A stretch of DNA of 64,000 bases from Thalia democratica (taxonomy: Eukaryota): positions 68,882,001 to 68,946,000 of the forward strand of contig OZ241829.1 in the NCBI GenBank assembly GCA_965202585.1, written 5' to 3'. The notes under the pieces are model-generated. The model had not been told where the DNA came from. It did not search any database and was given only the letters and a program-made list of their open reading frames with translations. Positions 8,207 through 19,400 of the stretch are shown here, in pieces; position 1 is the stretch's first letter; every line of letters starts with the position of its first letter. The translations under genes were made by a program, and so were the position numbers.

Positions 8207-9061
8207 TCACTAAAAAATACTAATTTCAAGCTCTGTTGGTTTTGTAATTTTTTTTATGTAAACACCATTTTTTATGTGTTTATGTAACACCATAACTAAG
8301 CATGTTTGACATTTTGTTATTGTACAATAGTATATGTATTATAATTTTTATTATCCAGATAAAACATACTTTGCTAACCTAAGACTTTTTTTTAAATTAG
8401 AAGAAGTTTTTCTAAAAAATAATTAAAATAACAAAAACGACTTTTAATATTTTACTTTTCCCTTTTAAAAAAGTATTCTTTGATATACAACTTGGACTCT
8501 TTTCACAGCGGTATGTTTTATTTTAGTGTATTTTTTAGTTTTTTACTATTAATATTGTACAAAATCTGAGTTTTATTGATGTTAAATTTCACAACAGTCC
8601 TCATTAATAACTGTACTTAAAACTAGATAATTAGAAAATTTTTGATTAATAAAAAACTTTACTAATAAAAATTCATAAATACAGTGAAGAGTTAAAAAAA
8701 AACAATTTAAAACAAAGTTTGTGCTACAACTAATTGTTTTAAAAGTAAAGTCAAAAAACTAACTTTACATTTAAATAAGACCGGTTTTAATTGATTATTT
8801 TTTTTCATCAGTTTTAAAAACATTATCATCTAAAACTCATGACATTTTTACTTCCTTGTTTATGTTAATTATAATAAGACTAGTAGACTAATTATTGATA
8901 TAAACAAACATATACTAGAATATAGGTTTTATTTTACTTATCGCATATATTTAACTTTAAACTTTTCAAACATTTTTTTGAACAAATAAAAACCAAACTA
9001 AAGCTTTTAACTTACTTATGCTCAAACCAACAGAAAAAAAACAAACAAACTAAATAAAATA

Positions 9062-10147
9062 ATGAAAAAGAGCTGCATTGCAACGCTGGGAGCTTACCTG
9101 CTCAGCAAAAAGACGGACTGCAACTTATTTCCGCAAGGTGTCCTCGCTCGCTCAGATGTAAGCGCCGGAGACGGCAACTACCCTCCGCCCCTGGAACCGA
9201 ATGATTTGAACATTAGGAAGCGCCCCTTCAATACGAGGCTCTACGGCGCACCAACGGCGCAGGAGAACGAGCAAATAACGGCCTTGAAAAACAATCCTTT
9301 CACAGAAAACGACCGCCAGGATGAACATCTGCTCGAAAGCAACTGGGACGGGCTGGAAGGTTTCCAAACCGAGCACGACTATGCGAAGTGGATGAGACTG
9401 CACCTGCACTTTTACGCGGTGGGAGATGCCGAAAACGAAACTAGGAGATCAGATCAAACGAATGCCAGGCAGAGTTTTGTAAGGGATCTTTCTGATGGCA
9501 GGTTGCAAAATTACCGCAACACTTTTGAGCGCAAATGGTTCCCGGTGAGCCGGTTGGACCCGCCGCATTCTGACGTCACAGTGCCGCGCAGCCACGACGC
9601 CATAGCGGACTTTTGGGAGATGGAGCACGCCTTCCGCAAAGTTTGCCATCGGTTCATTTTAAACGGAACATTTCAGTTTCGGAGCGCCCGTGAAGCAAAC
9701 GGGAAGAAAGTGACAAAAGGTCCGGAGACAGTTGAACACTGGATTCACATGCCCAAGAACCTGATCGCCTACTTCGTGCAGCGGGTGTTGCAGTTCCCCC
9801 CGGAAACCTTCGGCAGGTTCAGGATCAGCGACGGCTCCCACACGCACTTTTTCATCGACTACAACGGAACACCGAGATTTTATGTCGTTGGAGAGACGAG
9901 CTACCTGCATAAAGAGTACGAAAGAGTCCGTCGTGATTTCGATCGTGGATCGGGCGATATTGGCTTAGACGTTCCCGCCGCTAAAGAAGAAGATCTTGGC
10001 GCGGGAGACTCTCCTCAAATCGGGTCTGACAAAAATTGTGAATATGAAGAAGGTGATTGGGAAGATGAAGACGCTGATGATGATGAAAGCTGTACGAATG
10101 ATAGAGATGATGGTGAAACAAGAAATCGTCAGTTTTCTCTGTTTTAG
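9062..10147 (+). CDS. Orphan-family paralogue B (361 aa)
   Basis: Shares MKKSCIATLGAYLLSKK, FPVSRLDPPHSDVTVPR, QFPPETFGRFRISDGSHTH and the RQFSLF end with A and C; intact in all copies. Confidence 0.88.
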   Translation: MKKSCIATLGAYLLSKKTDCNLFPQGVLARSDVSAGDGNYPPPLEPNDLNIRKRPFNTRLYGAPTAQENEQITALKNNPFTENDRQDEHLLESNWDGLEGFQTEHDYAKWMRLHLHFYAVGDAENETRRSDQTNARQSFVRDLSDGRLQNYRNTFERKWFPVSRLDPPHSDVTVPRSHDAIADFWEMEHAFRKVCHRFILNGTFQFRSAREANGKKVTKGPETVEHWIHMPKNLIAYFVQRVLQFPPETFGRFRISDGSHTHFFIDYNGTPRFYVVGETSYLHKEYERVRRDFDRGSGDIGLDVPAAKEEDLGAGDSPQIGSDKNCEYEEGDWEDEDADDDESCTNDRDDGETRNRQFSLF

Positions 10148-10933
10148 GAAGTCACAACTTCTGATGTATTTGTGGTACTGTGCATTTTGTTAACAAAGTT
10201 TTCAGAACTGTTGTATGACTTTATTTGTTTTGTTGATGAAAGTTGTATTTTGTTCTAATTGAGAGCTTAAAAGAACTGTTAAATTTATATGTCTAACGTT
10301 GTTTGTTTTGCAAAACATTTGTGCGTTTTCTGTCGTACCGACAACAAAACATAATAAAAACTAGTAAAGTTAATGTAGCTTTAGATTTTTGCTTTAAATT
10401 TCTATGTTAATTTGTAATGAATAATTTAAATTTAAAAAGTTATGGACGTTTACAAACTGACACTAAATTTATCTATATTATATACCCAACACATATCACT
10501 TTAAATTTTGGTTTTCTAATTAGTAAGCACCAAAATATAGCTTTTAACTTACGATAGTGTTCAATACTTACCATAGTTTAACCAAGAAACAGTTAGGAAA
10601 AATAGTATGTATATAAAATAAGCTGTAACATAAAGTTGTTGTTAATTTGAAAAATGTTTAAGCTACATATCTGTGTTTAAGTTATTAAGCTTTACCATTA
10701 ATTCAAAGCAACGCCAGTTTAAGTTAGATCACTAGTTCTCCATAACAGCTATGATATTTATTACTTTTAAAAACCGTGAGTTGCTAAAATCTTTTATTAA
10801 AAAACTCGTTTTTTCATAAATGCAATAAACATTTAAGTGTATATTAACTCTTTAAAGTTTAAATAACTTATAAAAAAATTGATAGGATAACACTATAATA
10901 ATCACGGTAGAACAAACAAACAAAATAAATAAA

Positions 10934-12019
10934 ATGATGAAAAAGAGCTGCATTGCAACGCTGGGAGCTTACCTGCTCAGCAAAAAGATGGACTGCAACT
11001 TATTTCCGCAAGGTGTCCTCGCTCGCTCAGATGTAAGCGCCGGAGACGGCAACTACCCTCCGCCCCTGGAACCGAACGATTTGAACATTAGGAAGCGCCC
11101 CTTCAATACGAGGCTCTACGGCGCACCAACGGCGCAGGAGAACGAGCAAATAACGGCCTTGAACAACAACCCTTTCGCAGAAAACGACCGCCAGAATGAA
11201 CATCTGCTCGAAAGCAACTGGGACGGACTGGAAGGCTTCCAAACCGAGCACGCCCATGGAAGGTCGATGAGACTGCACCTGCACTTTTACGCAAAGGAAG
11301 ATGCCGAAAACAACACTAGGAGGTTTGATCAAACGAATGCCAGGCAGAGAATAATAAGGGGTCCCCTTAACACGCTGAAAAACTACGGCGACATCTTTGC
11401 GCGCTACAGGTTTCCGGTGAGCCGGTTGGACCCGCCGCATTCTGACGTCACAGTGCCGCGAGGCCACGACGTCATAGCAGAATTTTGGGAGATGGAGCAC
11501 GCCTTCCGCAAAGTTTGCCATAGGTTCATCTTAAACGGACAATTTGAGTGGCGGAAAGTTCGTGAAGAAAATGGAAAGAAAAAAACAAAAGGTCCGGAGA
11601 CAGTTGAACACTGGCATAACATGCCCAAGAACCTGATCGCCTACTTCGTGCAGCGGGTGTTGCAGTTCCCGCCGGAAACATTCGGCAGGTTCAGGATCAG
11701 CGACGGCTCCCACACGCACTTTTACATCGACTACAACGGAAGACCGAATTTTTCGGTCATTGGTGAGACGAGCCACCTGCATAAAGAGTACGAAAGAGGC
11801 CGTCGTGATTTCGATCGTGGATCGGGCGATATTGGTTTGGACGTTCCCGCCGCTAAAGAAGAAGATCTTGGCGCGGGAGACTCTCCTCAAATCGGGTCTG
11901 ACAAAAATTGTGAATATGAAGAAGGTGATTGGGAAGATGAAGACGCTGATGATGATGAAAACTGTACGAATGATAGAGACGATGGTGAAATAAAAAATCG
12001 TCAGTTTTCTCTGTTTTAA
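10934..12019 (+). CDS. Orphan-family paralogue C (361 aa)
   Basis: Nearly identical to B at both ends and divergent in central cassettes; intact in 3 copies. Confidence 0.88.
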   Translation: MMKKSCIATLGAYLLSKKMDCNLFPQGVLARSDVSAGDGNYPPPLEPNDLNIRKRPFNTRLYGAPTAQENEQITALNNNPFAENDRQNEHLLESNWDGLEGFQTEHAHGRSMRLHLHFYAKEDAENNTRRFDQTNARQRIIRGPLNTLKNYGDIFARYRFPVSRLDPPHSDVTVPRGHDVIAEFWEMEHAFRKVCHRFILNGQFEWRKVREENGKKKTKGPETVEHWHNMPKNLIAYFVQRVLQFPPETFGRFRISDGSHTHFYIDYNGRPNFSVIGETSHLHKEYERGRRDFDRGSGDIGLDVPAAKEEDLGAGDSPQIGSDKNCEYEEGDWEDEDADDDENCTNDRDDGEIKNRQFSLF

Positions 12020-12760
12020 GAAGTAACAACTTCTTATGTATTCATGTAACTGAACGTTTTGTTTACAAAGTTTTCAGAACTGTTTGTATGACTTTATTTG
12101 TTTTTTTGATAAGAGTGCTATTTTGCTTTGCTTAAGTGAAATGTTAGATTAATATGTCTAACATTGTTGGTTTAACAAAACGTTTGTGTTTATTGTTTTC
12201 TGTTACACAGACAACAAAACATGTTTAATGTAGCTTTAGATTTTTGCTTTAAATTTAAGTATAATTGTAACAAAAAATTTAAATTTTAAATGTTAAGGAC
12301 GTTTACAAACTTTAGCACTATATTTCTTTTATATACTAAACATATACCGTTTTAAATCTTGGTTTTCTAATTAGTAAGCATTAAAATAAACCTTGTAACT
12401 TACGATATATTTTAATACTTTTTAGAATTTAACCAAAAAACTGCTTTGAAAAATAAATTGTATATAAAACAAGCTCTAACATAAAATTGTTGTTATTTAA
12501 AAAAAGTTTTGTGCTACCGATCGGTGTTTAAGTTATTAAGCTAACAATTAACTTACAACAAAGCCAGTTTAAGTTAGAATGTTAATTCATGATAACAAAT
12601 ATTAAAATAATGATTTTCAAAATTGTTTATACTTTGCTAAAACATTTAATTAAAAAGGTTTTTTCTTAATTTAAACAAAGCTTTAAATTTATATTAACTC
12701 TCTTAAGTTTAGATAAATTAGAAAAAAAAAATGTTATGATTACACTATAACAATGACCAC
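12020..12760 (+). repeat. Degenerate duplicate of the B-to-C intergenic spacer (10148-10905), lying downstream of C
   Basis: Shared blocks in the same order: gtagctttagatttttgctttaaattt, ggacgtttacaaact, ggttttctaattagtaagca, gtgtttaagttattaagct, gccagtttaagttaga, atattaactc, acactataa. Confidence 0.85.
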
Positions 12761-13308
12761 AAAAACTTTCGTTTGTTTCCAAAGTTAAAACTTTCAACAA
12801 CTTATATTTGTTCTGATCTAAAAAGCTTTTTCTTTGATAAGTTTTTTTTCGTTTGAACAAATAATTCCTCTTTGATTCCTTATTGTTATTTAAACATACA
12901 ACCTTAAGTTTAAAACAAAAAAAGTGAAAAATTTCACTAAAAGTACAAACACCGTTTTATTGAACGCTTGTCAGAAAACATTAAAGAGTAAAAATATAAA
13001 TTAAAGCAAAAACTCAATCATACTTCTAAAGTAAGTAATCGTAATTTAATTAAAAATAGCATTGTCGTGCACCATAGCTTAGTTTGAATTCATAAAAAAA
13101 ATATGAATTAAATATCAAAAGGTAGAATTTGTATAAAATCTCTAAATCAACAACTAGAAAGGTTGTTTTTTTTATTTTTTGTTTCTCAGCTAAAACCTTA
13201 GCTTAAAGGATAGTTTGAATTAAATTTGTAATCATAAGACTATTCTCAGAAGGTAAAGTTTGGATATAAGTTTTTTAACTAATCAAATATATAACTTTTT
13301 CCTTCTTC

Positions 13309-13858
13309 CTAGCTACAACAGGGTTTTCCGGCCATCATATTTTCAGCAAAATACACCGGGAGATTTATTACTGCAAAAATAATTTATAAGCAAAATACAC
13401 AGGAAATTTTATCAATGCAAAAGAAACAGTTATAAGATTATTGTGTTTTCGATAAACTTTGTAATAAAATAGCTTTATTGCGTTTATAAATTTCTCAGCA
13501 TAAAGTGCAATAAATGAATTTTATTTTAAGTAAGTTACGCTAAGTTAATAAAAGATTTAATTAAATATTCTAAGTAATTTCAATTATCAAAATTAGAAAT
13601 CATAAATGCTCAGTAAGTCATGTTTAAATAAGTAAGTATATATTGAGTCAACTTTATATTAACAAAACAAACGGCATATAAGTTTAATTCAACAATAAAA
13701 CCTCTCTCTTGCATCTGGGACCACTTGGCGCAACACTCAATGAACACGGTGAACGGCAGGACTATTATGTAGACCGTGGACACGAACGCCGCCAGTGGCC
13801 AGCCAATTACCAGAAGGCCCAACAACCACAACACTGACCACCCGTTCAAGTTTGCCAT
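13309..13858 (-). CDS. Two-exon gene for a 72-aa small membrane protein (exon1 13702-13858, intron 13371-13701, exon2 13309-13370): MANLNGWSVLWLLGLLVIGWPLAAFVSTVYIIVLPFTVFIECCAKWSQMQERVINLPVYFAENMMAGKPCCS
   Basis: GT donor (AGAG|gtttta) and tttttgcag| acceptor join in phase 1 to an open exon 2 ending in TAG. The N-terminal half is hydrophobic. From memory, the W..LW...GWP......YI...PF...LP....NM pattern resembles an unnamed family of small invertebrate membrane proteins. The 82-aa ORF in the track is read-through into the intron. Confidence 0.82.
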
Positions 13859-13880
13859 CGTTACGTCACAGTTATTAAAA

Positions 13881-13897
13881 CTTATAAAGAAAAATAT
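13881..13897 (-). promoter_or_regulatory. Putative 3' splice/trans-splice acceptor 22 nt upstream of the small gene's ATG
   Basis: Minus strand atatttttctttataag|ttttaataactgtgacgtaacgATG; the AG is conserved in unit 3. Confidence 0.45.
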
Positions 13898-15829
13898 TTC
13901 GTTTCTGAAATAACGTACATCTTTAATTGTATTTGTTTAGATTATAAACATCTTTTGTTTTCATCAACAACGTTACTATAATTTATAATTTATGACAGTT
14001 TTATTACTTTTAAAGTTATATAATGGTTTTAATTTATTTTTAGTGTTAGTTTGAAAATGTTTATAAGTGAGATAAAAATTAAATTGGTGATAAACGTTGC
14101 TGTAGCTAAAAATTAAAATCTGTTTTACTTTTAAAAAATATAGTAAATTCATGACTACGACTATATCTAATTAAACTAAAAATTTATTACTTGTTACACA
14201 AAAGTTAGGTTTGAGTACAAAATATAATAACGCTTGCTGAATAGCCAAAAAAAAATCAAACTGTTGTACGTTCATAAAAAAGAGCTATAAAAGAACAAAA
14301 AATTATTTAAAACAAAAGTTTAATTGATAATAGTCATGTATGTTCAATCCTCTAAACACACAAAAAACTGAATGCTATAATAGCTGATGCTAAACAGTTT
14401 AACATTTTACCACATAAAACTGTTAAGTTATGTCGTATCAATGTTTTATATACAATTTCCTAAGTTGTTTTTTGTTTTGAAATTAATTATTTTTATATAA
14501 TAAACACGAAGAAAGTTAAATATAAATTATATGCAAAAAAAAACTAAAAAAATAACCGAATGTTACGCTTGTTGAACACAATTTTAAGTGACAATAATAA
14601 TAATTTAGACCTTACGTCTCTAAACAAACAAATAATGTTGACAAAATTTAACTGTGAAAAATTACTTGTTAGTACTATATCAGGTTTTGAATACTATCAA
14701 TGGTCAAGTAAGTTTGTGACACAAAGCTTAATAAATTAACAATTTTTCCAAGTAAAAAGAAAGCATTTTAACTCTAATTAATCAATGAGTATACATTGAG
14801 TTATTTCATTTTAAGTTATTACGCTTTTAAGCTGATAAATGCATTTGAACAAAATAAGTTTTTATACTTACTTTTATACCCAAGTAAATAAACTTAAGTG
14901 TTAAAAAAATGATGAAGTCTTAGCTTACAATGATCAAAATACTTGTACAGTAATAATTTAGAATTTATGGAAAGTGAGTAAAATAAGCTGTATAAGTCTT
15001 TTTTTACTACAACCATTTAAATATAATTGCAAAGAACTTTGATCATTTGAGGAATTACGGTTGTTAACCTATTTTTTCCAAGTTAGCTTTAAATTTTTAT
15101 GCACAATATTTGCATAAAATAACGTTAGTTTAACTCATAAACTTGTTAACAATTATACTAGTCTCTCCTTTGAGTATGAAAACAGCTTGCCAAAATACAA
15201 ATTTTCCACTTATAAAATTTTCAAAGTTTTTAAGCAATGTTGGATAGTTACGTCACAATTCAACTACTTTTGATAACATTTACTTAAATAGAAAATTTTA
15301 ACAAGTAGGAATATAGTATGTAAATAAAAACTCTTTAAACAAGTTTTAAAAGTTTTGTTATAACCTAAAACTTATATTTAATTAAATTTCTAATAATTAC
15401 AATTAAAGGCCATATAATTAGTTACTTGTTGTTCAAAAAAGAAACTAAATTTGTCATTGAAAATAGTTATAATAACCTGTAAATAATTAGATACAATTAA
15501 ATTTAGTTTCTATCATTTATAAGTAATTGGGCATAACATTATTTTGATTTTTGTTACCAAAATATAAGCTTAAAGTTTAAATTAAAAACAAGTTAGTAAA
15601 AACTACAAACAAGTTAATTTTGCTGAAACTAAAACTATATAATTTACTATTATAAGTAATTTTGTAAGCAAAATTTATTTAAAAGTAAGTTATAAAGAAT
15701 AAGAATTTGATTTATTCTTTAAGATTTACTTTTTGTAATAAATTATAAATTATGTAATTTAAATTAGAAATGCTTGTATAGTTTTTTTTATATCTTTCTA
15801 TCAAAATATGTGTTAAATAACATACAAAA

Positions 15830-16415
15830 CACCACATCCTGTCTGAGTTCTTTAAAGCTTCTAGCTATTTATTATGTTATCTTTTATTATATCACAGTGT
15901 TTCTTGTTAAACACTGTTGTGCTTAAATTTTTTGTTTTCAATTACTTAAAGTCACCCATGTTTTGCCCATAAAGTATTTATTGCCCCTGTGAGCTGTTAA
16001 AGTTGTCCAAATGTTGCCAACTTGTCATAAATGGTCAACACTATCTTCCCTAATCTTTTAAAAACTGTTAAAAATTTGTTGTGACAAAGGAAAATATAAG
16101 TTAGTCATTGAAAATTTTTCTTATTTTAATACCACAAGTGAAAACAATTGAAAACAAATAGCTAATAATTGAAAAATAAAAATGAATTTATTTAAAAAAT
16201 TCATGTGAGATGCTATATTACTTCACTCATAGCTAATTTACCAAAAATATCATGTTACATATGTTGATAACTGTATAAAAAGTTAGTAATCATTTCAAAA
16301 ATTAAAAATTTTTGCACAACAGTGTTTAAAAGTATCTAAAATCTTAAAGAACAAATGTAGCTTTGTAACAATAAATAGCTAGAAGCTCTAAAGAATTAAA
16401 ATAGGATGTCTAGTG
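15830..16415. mobile_element. MITE/foldback-like element with ~100-bp degenerate inverted arms (also ~33932-34494, ~51942-52506)
   Basis: Left arm acatcct..ttctttaaagcttctagctatttatt..ttaaacactgttgtgc (15834-15922) is the reverse complement of right arm gcacaacagtgtttaa..aataaatagctagaagctctaaagaa..aggatgt (16314-16409). Confidence 0.6.
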
Positions 16416-19400
16416 TAATTTGTTATAATAAAATGTTTCACCCTGAAAGAGACCTTCAGTTATACCTCAATTCTTATTTAATTAAAATTTAAGTTATTTC
16501 ATTTTCTAAACCACTTGTACTCTATTATATTTACTAAATTGTATGACATAAAGTTAAGTTTTATTAAAATTTCAGGACATAGTAGGCAGAAGCTTTGAAC
16601 TCTAGATGACTTAGCAAGATAGTAGTTTGATAAAAAGCTTTTTATGTACTATTTTCATCTTTGTAAATAAAATCTTTGTCATACTGTATTGTAAATAAGT
16701 AACACATTAATTTATAAGTGATATATACTTTTAAATTCTTAAATGGTTATATAATAAAACACCATAGTAGTTTGCATAAAACTAGATCTATATGTTAGAA
16801 GAAATTGAGTGTTAAAATTTATATAACATTTCAATTGTTACAAAATTTTGTTATAAACAATGATTAAATTACAATATAGTATTTAACATATATTCCTATA
16901 AAATCTGTTATCATTTTAAATTCAATATAGTTTTACTTTGAAATTATCTATTAATATTTTGACAGTCTGATGTTTTTCGATCATATAACTGTTATTATAT
17001 TTGTTTGATAACTTAATTTTAAAAAAATATACTTTAATGCCACTTTACTTTGTTATTTTTATAATTAAGTAGCTTGAAGTGGTGCTTATTTTATATATAG
17101 TAGAATAGAACAAAAGACAATTAATGATTACTAAGGTACTGTCAGTTTTATAAAATTTTTGTAATACAGATTTATAGAGAACAACTTGTCTTGACTAAAT
17201 TTTTTGAACTTAAAAAAAATCTCTTGCATCTAAGGTTTTTTATTCTAGAGAACTAATGTTTTAAAAATATGTTCCTTGCATGATTAACAGTTTGATGAAT
17301 AAAAAGTAAGCAATTCACAATGAAGTTTTAAATTATTGATTTTTTTTAAAGACTAAAATAATTTTAAAAGTAAAAACATTTCTTAAATAAGATTTTTCAA
17401 TGATAAATACAGATTAGACTGAGAAGGTTTCATAATGATTATGTAAAAGGAAACATATATCAAAGTACTCAGTATTTTTAAGCATGGCCTTCCAGAAGAC
17501 ACCTATTGAACTTCTCAAATTTAAACTCATATATTTTAAAAGTTACTTTGAATCTTAGGATGCAATAAAAGCAACTAGCAGCTAGTTTCTAAACTAAGAC
17601 CAATTTTAAATAAAACTGTCAATTCCCCACCCATGGCCTTTGACAATGAATGTGTAAAATATAAAAACAAATTCTATTTAATAACAATGAAGTTAAAGTA
17701 AATTTAATTTCCACAAACTATTTTTTAATGCTTTAGAAATAAACTTATTTTGTGTCACAACTAAAATAATTGAAGATATGGACCACCATGACTTTTTTCT
17801 TTTAAAGGTTATGACTTAATAAAAACAAGTAAAGTTTGAATTTAAAAAATAAAATAAAAGTAATTAAGATTAGTAGTAATTATTAGTTAATTTATAAGTT
17901 AAAGTTAAATTATGTTTTATTTTCACCAAACTTAGCTTGTAAATAATAAAAGGGAAACCACCTAAAATTATTAACTTTACATATCAGGGATTAAAGCCTA
18001 TTGTTTAATTCGAAATAATAATTTGAATAAAACTTTAAACTTAGTTTTAGAAATATTTTTTCTAAATATATATAAAACTTTAGAATCATTAACAAATTTA
18101 AAAAACTGCACACAAATGGATTTTAATAAATTGAAGTGTTGCGTATTTTTAGAATATAGTTTTATTTAACTTAAATACTTATAAGAACAAAAAAAATTTT
18201 GTAACACACCGTAATACTTAACTAAAAAAAGTTGTAAATTTTTGTCTGACATTTATTTAGAGTTGTTTACTTAAATAAAACTTCTGGTTTTATGGCAATT
18301 CAAATTCCGACAACAATTCAAATTAACAAAAAGAAAAACTTAATTAAATGCCAGAACTCAAAAAATAATAAATATTTGGAAAAATTTTAAATGTGTAGGT
18401 AGGTTTAATTGATATGTGCAAAAAAATTATTATTTTTTACTTTTATAGAACGAGGAAAAAGTAAAATGTTGTGAAGTTCAAGACTTTTGTTTTCACATAG
18501 TGCAGCCATCGAGCATTTTTGTAGTAAGATTTTTTTTTACTTATAAAGGATTGCCGACCCCTGCCTAATTTTTAGTTTAGTAATGCTCAACTGGATGATA
18601 TAAACTAAATAGTTTGGTGCATAAATGAATAAATTATTTTAACTTCATTGTTTGCTTTTATTTTCAATTTTATTAAAGATTGTTTGCTGGAGTTTTTTCT
18701 AACAATGGCACTTAAAAAACAATCAGCTGACATATAAATTATTTTGAAATGTTACGACTGTAACATATAAAGATAATAAGACAAAATATTATAAAACAAT
18801 ATATAACTTTAATTTTTATAGTTATACACGTTTTGCATAACAAGTAATTTTAGTCTTAGTTTAAATAAAATCACTACATTGTTAAAAAGTTGTTAGCTTT
18901 TTTATTTAATAACTGATTATTTCAAACATTACATTTATATTATGGTTTTTACCAAAATTAAACTAAACTATGGTAAATAAATACAGTCATTTAACAGTTT
19001 TAGGAATAAAACAGCAAGTTTTATTTTATCTTCTATAATTCTTCATTTTTTAAAAATGTGAAAAAACAATCAATTAAGTTTAAACAGAACTTTTTACTTA
19101 TAATGATTAGTTTATTTTTATCAAAAAAAAAGTTAATTGAATTTGAATTAGTCTCAATTGTAATTTAAATCTAAATTTTTAGTACATTTTCTTATGCTTG
19201 ATTATGGAGTTTCTCATAACTCGTTTAGCTTGATGTTTAAACTGAATATATAAAGTTTACAAGGTTACTAGCGCACGTACAGTAAAATACTTATTACTAT
19301 TACTTATATTACTATCATATTACTAAAATATTTCAAGTTTAAAACTTTTAGTTAGTTTATTTAATAAGCTATAAGAAAAGTTTTATATAAACTTGAATTA

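Larger units (their letters stand above)
1..18145. repeat. ~18 kb tandem repeat unit, copy 1 (boundary arbitrary, set at window start)
   Basis: Window-start sequence (tttttagaatatagttttatttaac) recurs at 18146, 36296 and 54303. All ORFs recur in the same order and spacing (gene A at 6893/24988/43163/61140). Confidence 0.97.

Noticed and set aside
13610-13701. C-terminal 30 aa of the 82-aa ORF-track product (GFIVELNLYAVCF...)
   Set aside because: This is intron read-through; a GT donor at 13701 and an in-phase downstream exon give a better, conserved protein end.
17440-17700. Slightly GC-richer patches that might be an exon or decayed transposase
   Set aside because: No open frame or recognisable motif on either strand.
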